A stretch of 64,000 nt of DNA, taken from NCBI GenBank assembly GCA_002633005.1, contig NMRA01000009.1, forward strand, positions 1,163,169 to 1,227,168, given 5' to 3'. The translations under genes were made by a program, and so were the position numbers. Positions 14,701-25,500 of the stretch are shown piece by piece. Each line of letters opens with the position of its first letter. Within the stretch, counting starts at the first letter, position 1. The notes under the pieces are model-generated. The model had not been told where the DNA came from and did not search any database. It saw only the letters and a program-made list of their open reading frames with translations. The stretch is from Phoronis australis (lineage: Eukaryota; Animalia; Phoronida).

Positions 14701-17700
14701 GATTAATACTTCATGAATAAATTTACAAAACTGTGAAATAATAGTACTGTGCCGTCCTGCGGTCTCGTTAGAGCTGATTCCAGCGACTGTAAGGCATTAA
14801 TGACCAGTGACCATGCAGCACTCCACTTGGATTACAACTATTCTCACGTGGCAACAGTGCAGATGTGCACGTGTGCACGTGTGCAAGCTTCACATGTTGC
14901 AGAGGTTACATCACAGATTAAATTTATGATTACAGTCCCATGACAAGAGTAGAACTGCACGAGTATTAGCTGTCAAGTCGGAGAGCAATTAAATGTTGCT
15001 AGATGAAGTTATTGTTTGAAAAAACTAATTCAGATGTGTCTTTTGTCTGTTGGAATGTTTATGTTCGAGACTCCGTGACCCAATGAAATGTCAATGTAAG
15101 GTTTAGTGCAGCTGTCTTATCTCAAACTCCTGGTGCCCAGTCATTTGTCGTTGCACGAAACACTAGGAAGTCGCGAAAATTTCATCAAAAAAGGGAGAAT
15201 TTGACATTTTTCCCTTAAGTATGAGAATTTAAAAAAAACAAGAGATTCTCACCTAAATTGAATTGGGAGGGTTGGCAAAACCACATTCACGTTTCTCTGG
15301 CAAGATTTTTTCGAATACAGGTTTTAGCTAGTGCACTGCAGTTGGAATGTAAGTGAGGCAGAGGACATCGCTGAAAGTGGAGGTACTGAAGCCGGCGTAG
15401 GTCTTGATGTTTACAAACATGGGAAAAAATGAAGTGACAGAGTTCAAGTATCATATTTTGAAGTAAATTCATCACCTGGTAAAATAATTTGTTACTTGTT
15501 GTAATATAATTCACATTGTCAAACCACCATCTCATAAGCTGTTGTTGCACTCACTGCTATCATAGATTAGACTTTAACGCTATTAATAAAACACTTGACT
15601 TTCTTTTCTAATAGTTCGTACTGCCAATTTTGTCTCTATATGGGACATGAAGCTCTCAAGGGAAAAATAGTTAGTACACTAGTGTACAAACTATGAGAGA
15701 AAACACTCTAGTCCTCCAGTATTTGTAATTTACAGTAGTTCGTTTTCCCTCCATTATTACTATTTTATTGTATGACATGTCCGTAACAGGATTTCATGCA
15801 ATCATTTCCTAAGCAGAACATTTATATACCGTATATGACATTAATCTATTGCCTTAGCTACACAAGACGACCATAGCTGCAGCTAACCTGCATGGCTTCA
15901 CAATGTATAACATCCTCCATAAATGTAGCAAACCCTTCACTTATCCACTCTTCAGTCCAATCACGAGCACCAATGAGGAGACCAAACCAAGCGTGACTGA
16001 TCTCATGAGCGACACGCACAGCCATGCTACCATCTCCAGTCAAAACAGACTGAGACAGAAACAGTAAATTCGGGCTGAAACAACAATACATTAACACAAT
16101 GTTGAAATTGTATTGGCAACACTGTTGCAACTTAATTCAATACTCTTGAAATGTAAATCTTTATCCATCCAGAAAAGTTCATAATCAAAGAAAAATATTA
16201 TTAAATCTGTTCAACTAGATTCTGGTATTTACTAATTAAAAATCCTTAAGCACTCAGGAGCATCCCATACCCTTTTTAATTGCCATCTTCATAAAGGCAT
16301 TGAATTCATCGCTCAACAGGAGGCAGGCTTGCTCTAGTCATACTGCTTGGAACATTACTGTAGATCATACCTTGCAAGAGTACAGTCAGCGGTAAGATCC
16401 ATCTGTCACACCATTCTAATAATTCTCCCAAGAAGGGAGCCGCGTGATTACGAGGACTTACAAAATTTTAGTACATACCATAATCCAGTTAAACAGATAT
16501 AACTTTTCATCATTAATTTAACTTTGCAAAAGGTCACAATTCACATTAGACGTGCACCACTCAGGTAGCAAACAACTGGACCACGTGTAGACCTTTGCTA
16601 GTTCTAATAACCATGCAAATCTCCCAGTCCCTTGTTTTCTGAAAATGTTAGTCTCATATTTAACTTGGTGGTCACACACTTTCCAGTCCCATGGAGACCT
16701 CGGCACATGAATGTATCAACCAAATCATAACTTTGGGTTATTATAGTACAATCAGTGGTTGGATACACAGACAAAAAATACCCAAACTAAAGTAACAGCA
16801 TTACTGAATAACTTAATGAACGCAAACCCAGTAGGTACAGTCTACACACACCTATAAGTTTAGCCCCTCCTCAGACCTTTCCCACGTTCAGGACACCTCT
16901 GTCAATTACATACCTTGCTAAACCCAGGCTGGCGAAACACCGGGGCACAATAAGAATATCTAGTCTAGGGAATGGATGATCACCAAGTAGTTTGTGAGCT
17001 GCTTTCATATACTTCACCACCCAAGGGAGTAGCTCCCTGCTGGCCTCAAGCAGCAACGAAGATGGAGCAAACAGTCGGCATGGTAACACTTCAACAGAGG
17101 GCGCTGTGTGGTAACAGTGGTCGCAAGATGTTGCTACAGGCCTAAAACCAATTCATTAGTTAGTGTAATAAAGGCATGATATAAAAATGCTGTGCATAAA
17201 ACAAAGAGAACAAACATTTTATTCAAGTATGGAACCTGGGTAAAATAAAATTTTATCAGTGACTCATGCTTTGCAAACAGTACAACACTTACCAAATTTC
17301 TAGAAAAAAATTGTTTGCATTTGTTAAATACAGACATTAAGTTGGCATTGGCTATAATAAACCTCCTTGTGACAACTGCAAAATATTTAGCAAACTGTGA
17401 GAACAAAACAAGTAGTCACAAAATGTTGGATATGTGATGATATAAATTCTAAGTAATTTTTCAAATACCCACTTTCTGTTCTGACAACTGATATCCCACA
17501 AGTTCAGCTATTCCGATATTTTTCACAAAAGTGAGTATAGCAGAACTGAGTTGGAACAAGATGATCAGGATGTGCAATTCCATAACAATAAGATTACCAC
17601 CTGAGATAATTGTTATGGAATGGAAAATTGTTAATGTATGTGCGAAAATACTACAAATCATACATCAGTCAGTTTTCTCACATAATTAAACCATCCAGTC

Positions 17701-20550
17701 TCACCGATCAATCACTTCAGAGGTGGCCATTTTGCTACTGAACGCTACAAAGTTTTACACAAGTTTTCTCACAAGACACAAGCTTTTCAATGAGTATGAT
17801 CTTGTCCAACTCACAAGTAACTCATAGAAAGCCCCCTAGGTACGACTTACACTACCTCAAACCATGATAAATAACATTGCCTTAGTTGTACACTTGAGTG
17901 CCCAGTCATCTTGGTCCATGTCAATTCACACATCGAATTTGACATCTAAATGGGACACCAGAAAAAAATCAAATGAATCCTTCACTACCTTTGAGACATC
18001 AGTGGAGTTTACAGGGAACAAACCTGTGAAAACAGTCCACATCAGAAAGGTTTATGTGACACCAGTATCCAACAGCTAAAGCCAGTGTTGAGCATGGTAG
18101 GCTCATAGCTGTCCAGTAATGAAAAACACGACTTCCTGAAAGTTAAAATTAGACATTGTGACATACTTAGCATAAACAATGACGATACAAAATAAATAAT
18201 ATTATTCTAAAATCTTGTGCTGCAATACTTTTCAGTTTGCAATCATTAGAAATGCCAACATATGTCACAGAAGACCGAGAAATTTGGCCATAATATTTTA
18301 GCTGGTGCAATTCTGGAAAAAGACTTCATGCAATTACATAAAAGAATGGAATTGACATATTTTTAAAGTAATTCCATAAGTGCAAACACAAAGACTCAAT
18401 TAGGCTATCAACACTTTCAATAAGTGGCATAAGAAATAAAAAATGAGCTGCTCTTGATTAAATGTAATGCTGTTTTAGTTATTATGTCAAATCATCATTT
18501 TCTCAGGGATTACTCTTATTTAACACTAAGAATCCGAAGATAAAAATAAGGATCAAGTAAACTTTGAATAAACGTACTCAAAATTTATGACTCCACAATT
18601 ACAATTACTTTTTATCATTCCCTGTAACAAATGAGAAAGCTTCAATACCATCAATCTCCTGAGAGATTGTTTCCTTGACATCACCAGTCATCAGAACCAC
18701 AGTATCCTTTGGTACTTGGAAAGAGGCCTGCCATGTTGTCATAGCAACAGGAGGCTCCTGGCAAGGGAAGAGGGACCTGTTATTTATCCACGCCGCTGGT
18801 GTGAATACACATGGTCTAAAAAGAAAAGAACACAATTTACCGCTAAAAGTGGTCACAAATTACACCGTAGACAGAGTAAAAGCCAGCATATTGGTTAACT
18901 GCTTCAAGGAAAGTTTATGTGAATATCAAATTTAAAAAACCAAAAACTTGGCAACTAATCCTTTTCAATGAGATGCCTGTAATCAGTACCCAACACCACA
19001 TACATCAGCTGAAACTGACCGTCACAAAACTAGAGCTTTGGAAAGTTTAGAACAAATTTATTTTTCATCCCAATTATAATTGGTATAATGCAACATCTGC
19101 ATTACAGGGATTGATGCTTAGCATAACCTGCCAAATAGGCTGGGGTGGCAAAATGCGTTTTTTTTTCTTTTTGTGATTCCACATTATGTTGCGGATAACA
19201 GATGGGACAATTCAATCAATAAATTGTTTGTAAAAATTGTCGAACAGAAAATTAGGAGTGTCTCACAACCACTTTCCCTCACTTGGCGAACCAATTTCCA
19301 ATGCAGACTCACCTCCTCAGGCAGAAGGAGACTGTCAGTTTATGTTACCTGTGCATAACTCATAGACGGGACCTGTCAATTTTTGCCAAGCAATTATCGC
19401 TTCCTGTAGTATTTTTGAGTGCATGTTTTGATGTGTGCGCAATGACTACAAGGCAACCTGAGACTTTTATCAGGTCATGAAACAAAATCTGAGATCACAT
19501 CCACGACCTGCAGGGTGTCACATCAAGCTCTGCATCTTACCTACAGGTTTTCACATCAAGCTCTGCATCATACCTGCAGGTTGCCAAATCAGGCTCTGCA
19601 TCATACCAAAGATGTAAAAACGAAGAGCAATCAATAAACCAGCCGAGACATGCCATTAATTTCTTGGTGAAGGCTACTAACATTTTCAGACAGAGAAAAT
19701 TAATGCATGCGCATCCCAGAGCATAGATTTGAGGGATACAAGTCGACATCCAATCCAAACTACAGGAAACATCACAAATACTTAGAAGCCAGAGTTGGAC
19801 AGGTGCTACACGTTTACTCATATTTATGATAAACTAGGCCTCCTACTGCTTGTAATACAACTCAAATGAAGCGATTTCTACAGATCCTGCATCAACATCT
19901 GACGGTACATATCTGGATGACAATTCTTGCATTCACACTAACTCTACATTTGGTAAACTAGAAAATTGATGAGGACAGGGACCTTACCTTTGATCCTGAT
20001 CAACAGTCCACTTCAGAGAAGCACCATCGGCAGTAGTTTTGTAAGATATTTTTACAACTGATGGGAAAGTGCAGGGGCAGTAACAGTCCTCTTTCCACAG
20101 CTGTAAACACCACCTGTGGGTAACAAAGTGAAGAGCACTACTAGCGCTGGCTTCGCAGATGTCTTGCAGCTGAGACCAATTACTTCTCACGTCCTTTAGA
20201 CAACTGTCCAGACAGTCTGAATCTTCAATAAGTAGCTCCTCAGCACTATCAACCAATATTGAGCAACAGTCCAGTGTCATTTTAAATGGTGTTATAGATG
20301 GTAACTCAGCACTTCGCATTTTCTTGGAGCTCACAGTTGCAGGAATCGTAGTAGCATCTGTATCCACAGCTGATGATTTACCATTGTTTGTGTCAATGAA
20401 ACTGCCCCACTTACAGTCACACTGTAGTGCAGGCTTTGTAAACAAAATGATGTAGCCAGAAAACACACTTTCCACCAAGTCACACCTAAGGTTCAAACTG
20501 AAGTGATGCACTCTGATGTCATTTGTATTGGCCAACAGTGGCAGATCCAT
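2595..20550 (-). CDS. AOPEP: Aminopeptidase O (M1 zinc metallopeptidase), spliced CDS of 13 coding exons, ~719 aa
   Basis: Exons 20550-19988, 18815-18649, 18135-18024, 17141-16914, 16074-15888, 14078-13972, 12145-11947, 11406-11366, 9777-9711, 7855-7724, 7378-7262, 6134-6048, 2747-2595 join in frame via GT-AG. Motifs MDLPLLANT, NNRSLFPCQEPPVAM, HEISHAWFGLLIGARDWTEEWISEGFAT, HRWCEL, AMGVYIFGEL match recalled human AOPEP/C9orf3. Confidence 0.95.
4044..4469. mobile_element. MITE with ~70-bp TIRs enclosing a (TA)n tract
   Basis: ccccaagcctcaagatgg..ggtttagccatttga..cttggtt inverted at ~4395-4469. Confidence 0.7.
4675..5490 (+). mobile_element. Helentron/HINE-like element with internal ~200-bp tandem cores
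   Basis: Repeated aaaatggccactagggggtgctgcag and aagtttcattgaaatc blocks, also at 45865-46930 and 50487-51070. Confidence 0.5.
6048..6134 (-). CDS. AOPEP: AOPEP coding exon 12
   Basis: VMHRWCELVVRHKYVKTYSDVHKFIVNHQ; donor gtacat. Confidence 0.9.
7262..7378 (-). CDS. AOPEP: AOPEP coding exon 11
   Basis: LTADQTVLLLELLL resembles human LPDQLVLLLEHLL; donor gtaagt. Confidence 0.88.
7724..7855 (-). CDS. AOPEP: AOPEP coding exon 10 (basic KKKRKRTK localisation-type motif)
   Basis: ttacag acceptor; DLDDFQLDESNKLYAEV...KKKRKRTKLKSWPFITK; donor gtaatt. Confidence 0.8.
8590..9186 (+). mobile_element. HINE-like element, related to 40600-41300
   Basis: Shared gatacag..cacagatgcaaaa cores and 3' end gacagagat.atggcaatatgcacc...aaaaa. 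Confidence 0.5.
9711..9777 (-). CDS. AOPEP: AOPEP coding exon 9
   Basis: GITVEALSAAWLEAQGMPK resembles human WLESSGIPK; donor gtatct; start ambiguous among four tandem NAG acceptors. Confidence 0.8.
10680..11285. repeat. 32-bp minisatellite, ~19 copies (11 perfect)
   Basis: Unit ctgtcagtggtactgtgtacctcactgtcgaa, identical 10725-11076, diverged at the edges. Confidence 0.97.
11366..11406 (-). CDS. AOPEP: AOPEP coding exon 8 (41 nt)
   Basis: ttttacag acceptor; DVLQSFLKSFPSL; donor gtacgt; phase 0->2 fits. Confidence 0.75.
11829..11908. repeat. 29-bp tandem repeat, ~3 copies
   Basis: agaatg(a/t)cacttgtc..ccatattaaa. Confidence 0.75.
11947..12145 (-). CDS. AOPEP: AOPEP coding exon 7
   Basis: NGMNPVKCFTQVHYLKGYFLL...FRGQLVLSK; donor gtaatc. 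Confidence 0.9.
12773..13010. repeat. 29-bp minisatellite, 8 copies
   Basis: Unit tgaaagttatatagtgcatactgagaatg. Confidence 0.95.
13972..14078 (-). CDS. AOPEP: AOPEP coding exon 6
   Basis: cttttcag acceptor; WTPDEKKDHSQLRALIRHRLLVAEMDNTSEDLQILR; donor gtagat. Confidence 0.85.
14334..15713. mobile_element. Non-autonomous TIR element with subterminal aatagttcgtac repeats
   Basis: gactacggtgttttctctaatagttcgtacact mirrored by agtgtacaaactatgagagaaaacactctagtc. Confidence 0.6.
15888..16074 (-). CDS. AOPEP: AOPEP coding exon 5 (HExxH...E zinc site)
   Basis: SPNLLFLSQSVL...HEISHAWFG...WISEGFATF; donor gttagc. Confidence 0.95.
16914..17141 (-). CDS. AOPEP: AOPEP coding exon 4
   Basis: LPCRLFAP...LGDHPFPRLDILIVPRCFASLGLA; donor gtatgt. 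Confidence 0.9.
18024..18135 (-). CDS. AOPEP: AOPEP coding exon 3
   Basis: ctttcag acceptor; FHYWTAMSLPCSTLALAVGYW; donor gtttgt; phases fit both neighbours. Confidence 0.85.
18649..18815 (-). CDS. AOPEP: AOPEP coding exon 2
   Basis: ttttag acceptor; PCVFTPAAWINNRSLFPCQEPPVAMTTWQA; donor gtattg. Confidence 0.9.
19506..19607. repeat. 33-bp tandem repeat, 3 copies
   Basis: acctgcagg...cacatcaagctctgcatc. Confidence 0.75.
19988..20550 (-). CDS. AOPEP: AOPEP coding exon 1
   Basis: ATG 20550 (in-frame stop upstream) MDLPLLANTNDIRVHHF...WTVDQDQ; donor gtaagg. Confidence 0.9.
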
Positions 20551-22416
20551 TCTTAACTGGGCAAATGCAGTGCTGCTTGAATTTTTAAAACAAAATTTCT
20601 TCACCTTGTTCCCACTGCCATGCAGTCATGGCATATGTCATCAGAGCTTTCTCATTAAGTCACTGTATGAAACTGTAAAAACAGGTAAATGAAAGTGGTA
20701 ATAAATACGCATTCCATTGTAGAAACTACATTTCGATTTACGTAGAACATGTATTATACCTCTATAAAATTGGTCAAATGAGAAATCATTTGAGGTCCTC
20801 CTCAAAGTCATGCTTGGCAAATGAAAAAACAAATCCAGCATGTAGCTAGATTCTGGTCTCAAGCAATCCAACAAATAGTCAGTTCACTTCCAAGCCCAAA
20901 AAAAACACTATTTGGACTGAGAGTCTACGTGACCTAAATAAAAATGTTATTTCAAAACAGAACAAATTTACAGCCTTTGCACGTTAAACGATATCTCTCA
21001 AAGCAATCGCTCTTCCACTTTAGCAACGCCATCATTATAAACACAGAGCAACAACGGATGCATTAGGAGCTCCGTCCAGCATCTTGTACATCGTCAATAG
21101 ATCTGTACAATTATTGCTAAGATCAAGAGGCCCGTTTATCACATAATCTGATATAAGGTCCTACTGTGACTGGTAGAGTAATTACCTCATTAGCAATGGC
21201 TTCACGACAACACTGGATAAAGTAAATTCACATATTGTGAATTCCTTATAAAAAGTCAGGATACTTTTTGACCGAAGAAATACAATCAAGATATGCGCTA
21301 GGTTTAGGTCCTCATAGATGAATCATTTGTCAATACTAATAACTCTTTGTACCATAGTAGATAATTGGCCCGCAAGCAATGATGCTAAACAATAGACCAT
21401 GCTTAAGAATGGACTGGATTGACTGGACTAGACCCAATTTAGAAATTGCTTTTGTTTCATGCTCAATAGATGGAGTTGTAGTCATATGTTGATAGTTACC
21501 AACGAAGAAAGGTGTAGATTATGAATCTTAATTGTGTCTCTATTTCTACTGATTGTGAAACCACTGTAATCTGGAGTTGAAGCCAAACGGGAGGTTTTTG
21601 TATAATGAATATGAATGCCACCAGCCATTTGCACATGATCCTGGTAATTTTTAGGTCAAGTTACGTGCACCTTATTGTCCATGGTACATTAGGCTATACG
21701 CTCAGTGTTAGAAGATTGTTATGCAGCATGTGCTCGGAGTATAATAGGATTCTGTTGAGATGAATATAGTACCTACGAATTCTACGTCACTTCACGTTCC
21801 CAAACAACTTATTGTGATCACGGCAAAATGTCCAAAATCAAAAAGTATGAAGTGTGAGTGTATGGNCCCAATTTCAGATTTAAAAGTTGTACCTGCAATC
21901 CTATTAAAACATCAAAAGCACTCAGCTAGTTCAGGATGGGTATCTTGTCTATAGACACGTATTTCACTGTTTGTAAATTGCGGCGCTGCTTGGTTATTCG
22001 GCGTTGGCCAGTGCCAGTGGACGTGCCAAGAATTGCCCTAGAGAAGCCAATACTCAGGAACATGGATCTTCAATGGTCATATGTGTGCATGGTGCATATC
22101 TGCAGCACGGAAACACACCAGTGTACAAATGATGGACACTAATCACCCGAAGTTGAATTCGAATTGCACTTGCGTCTTCATGAGAGCTTGAAGGACTTGT
22201 GGCCGCGAACCAAAACATGTTACTCTGCAATTTACACTTTGTCTATTTATTTACCATAAAAATGCAAAAGTTTCCTAACAGAGTCAAGTATTCAACAAAT
22301 TGTATGGTTTGTGCTAAATAAATATCGTAACTTCTTAATTTATTAATACCATTATCGGTAATAATCGAGTTGAACATCCGTTTTGCTAAAGCAACTATTG
22401 TCTGGTCTCACCAAGA
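20551..22416. promoter_or_regulatory. Divergent AOPEP / PLAA intergenic and 5'UTR region
   Basis: Head-to-head ATGs 1.87 kb apart; AOPEP probably has a 5'UTR intron (acceptors near 20673 or 20557). Confidence 0.5.
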
Positions 22417-22556
22417 ATGGAAGGCAATTTCAAGCTACGGTGTATTTTAGTTGGTCACGAAAAAGATGTTCGTGCTGTTTCTGTTGCCGGTTTTCCTGCC
22501 GGCTCCTTTATTTCTGGATCTAGAGATATCACCGCACGTATTTGGATACCTAATGA
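22417..22556 (+). CDS. PLAA: PLAA exon 1
   Basis: [21 protein letters not shown]...[14 protein letters not shown]; donor gtgagt. Confidence 0.9.
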
Positions 22557-25500
22557 GTGAGTGATTTTTTATCCTAAAGTATGATGGCTGCCCGGTGAAC
22601 TTCAATGAAAACGCCGTAGCTTACACTGCACTCAGTTCATTGTTCGGTTTCCAAGAAATTACCGTTGAAAAGCACAACACCTTCTCAAGGAAGAGAAGTG
22701 CTTAAGTTTTATTTTCTGCGAACTTTTAACTATTGATTGAGTGTGAAATTATGTGCATGCATCATCCAGGGCCCTCTGACGATGCCTCAATTTTGGGGCC
22801 GAATATAGGTTCACCCGTCCACCTAGGCAATGACCATCGCTTCTGTTGGCCCGAACCAGAGGCGATGCAGCTCCTATAGGCGCTCTGTACACCGGAAGCT
22901 TTTCGGCGAATTATGCCTCGCACCGACTAAACCATCAAAGTCACGTTGTTATAAATACTTTTTGCGCATAGAGGAACACCTTAGGAGGTTGTCGATGTGT
23001 TTAATTCCTTCCAACTCGAACAAATACTCCCGTTATCAAACTTTTTCTTTGAGCAGTCCCTATTTCAGTTCCCAAAATCATGAACTCAACATTTCACTTG
23101 GCGCATGCCAAAAGATTCTTTTAACCAGGCCGAAGGTCAGATGTTGCGGTCCTACCGGCGAACTTTGAAAGCTGAAGTTCCCGCCCTTTGCGTAAGTGCT
23201 GCCGGGAACCAGCCGTGCATTTGCCGTGTTGTTAAACATTAAAATGTCAAATATGTGCACAAAGACTATTAAATGTCATATCAACAGCATTTATTTTTAT
23301 CAAATACAAACAACAATTCATTGAAATACAATCAGTTTCAAGTAACGCCAATTAAAGACAAGTATAAGTAGTGGCATTTTGGAAACGAACATTTGACTGA
23401 CAAGACCGCAATGGCTCACCTTTAGCCTATTTAAAGATTGAGGTCATGAAGTCACATCACCTAGCGAGCGGGGTAAAAATTGGAGCGTGCGCAGTATAAA
23501 AATGGTGAGTTCACGATTTTGGGAACTGAAATAGGGACTGCTCGAAGAAAAAGTTTGATAATGGGAGTATTTGTTGGAGTTGGAAGGAATTAAACACACC
23601 GACAACCCCCTAAGATGTTCCTCTATGCGCAAAAGGTATTTATAACAACGTGACTTTGATGGTTTAGTCGGTGCGAGGAATAATTCGCCGAAAAGCTTCC
23701 GGCGTACAGAGCGCCTACAGGAGCTGCATCGCCTCTGGTTCGGGCCAACAGAGGCGATGGTCATTGCCTACCGTCCACCTAGCCTGTATATAATATACAG
23801 CTTTGCACCGATGTGGGTAAAAAAGTAGTATGATAAAATCTGACACAAAATTAGTGTCATTAAAAACTACAGTCATCCTTGAGTAAACAAAATTATTTAT
23901 CAGTGTTGGAAAAATGGCGTTCTATCGTTATTCTGCTACTAAAGTTGTGGAGCTATCTTTAGCGACGGCTTTCGGCGCCATGAAATATTGCGTCACCTAT
24001 TGGCCAGTTTCTTTCTTCGCCGATTCTTCAATCAACTGCTGCTCTTTCACGAGCTTGCATACACGTCACAACAAATTACTGGAACTGGTTTCACTTCATT
24101 ATGATTTTTTAGAATTCCAATACCGAAAAACTGAATTTCAGAACAAATTTTGCTTCTCCGAAGTTGTCGCGAAATTTTAGGAAATGGCGCGTGCGCGTGA
24201 CACAAGCGTATTGTTTTCGAAACGACGACATACTTTTCATTGTTAGAAAAGGCGGAGAGTTACGCAAGAAAATGACGTTTATTGCATTGTTTTTCACTTA
24301 AACGGCTGTAACTGGCAAGATGAGTAGTGGTTGATTCCCAGATTTTGCATGCATCCCGTCCGGTCTTTAGCTTTACATTTTGATACAAGTTTCACGGCGC
24401 GGTGACGAGCAGAGCTACCCTGACTGCGTGCAATTTCGGAGTCTACGGAAGAAATACACACAGTGGTACCTAGCTGTATTTTGACGACAGTGTTAATACA
24501 GCTAGCTGGCTGGCTACCGTCTACCCTGTATTTTGTTTCTCAGTTTACTTTCAAAACAGGAAAGATGTGCTTTGAAATGTGGAAACAATGCTATATTAAT
24601 TTTAAGTCACGCTTGCAATATTGTGTCCGAAATGGTGACATATCACGTCCTACAAGCAGCTTCTTCTGCTCAAAACCTCGTTTAGTCACAAACTTTCATT
24701 CTGTGCCACCACATGTTTAGAAAACGAGTCTTTCTTTGCAGTTTTGAGAACTAATTCTTGACCTTGATTAGTCTGTTCGAAATTTTCAGAGAGGCCAAGC
24801 TGGCTCTCATAAACTGCGATTGATCTATTTTTTCCATGGTGTTATGCTGATCGCTACATCAGAGAGCAATGCTAAAGTCATGATTAATCAATGCTATGGT
24901 ACGATAATTTTCAAGATTCAACATGAAAATAGTCTTTCTGCTTCATTTTGGTTAAAGAATAAATTTATGACATAAATTTTTATGCAACTTAATTTATTTA
25001 GAACTTATTCGCAAATAATGCTCTTTTAACATGACTTCAATTTTGTTTTAAAATAAACAGAATTTATTGCTAGGAAATTTTTAAGTTGATTTTTGAATTT
25101 CCTGTGGTAAACCAAGAAAATGGCCACCACAGAGGAATGCTACTGAACTTCTATGTTCATTTGAGTGAAGTTTTGCGTGGTCATGGATCTTCTGCGTTGC
25201 AGTCAAATCTACTCTTCCCAGGCAGTCAACACAGTATTGGCTCTGGAATTCTATTCATCAAATACTATTCTGAGGGTATCAGAATCTTTTTGTTGGTGAA
25301 ATGTGTTATTCTTTTTGTCAACATGCTGTATTGTGACACTATTTTCATGGTTGCTGCCATCATTGGTTATTAGAAGGGATTTTTTGGGCGCTGACATGAC
25401 TGTCAATAGCCCTCCCCCATCTGAAATTGTTCAGAGCTGGGTGAATTTTCTTTTTTTGAAAAAGTGAATAACTAAAAAGTACTCCACCACCGGTTTGATT

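Noticed and set aside
16914-16935. Missing GAMEN motif in the M1 peptidase
   Set aside because: SLG(L/M)AS at this position is a known feature of AOPEP
21866-21866. Single N base
   Set aside because: Assembly ambiguity, not biological
22830-23764. Twin ORFs [15 protein letters not shown] on opposite strands
   Set aside because: Artefact of TIR symmetry; no recognisable protein
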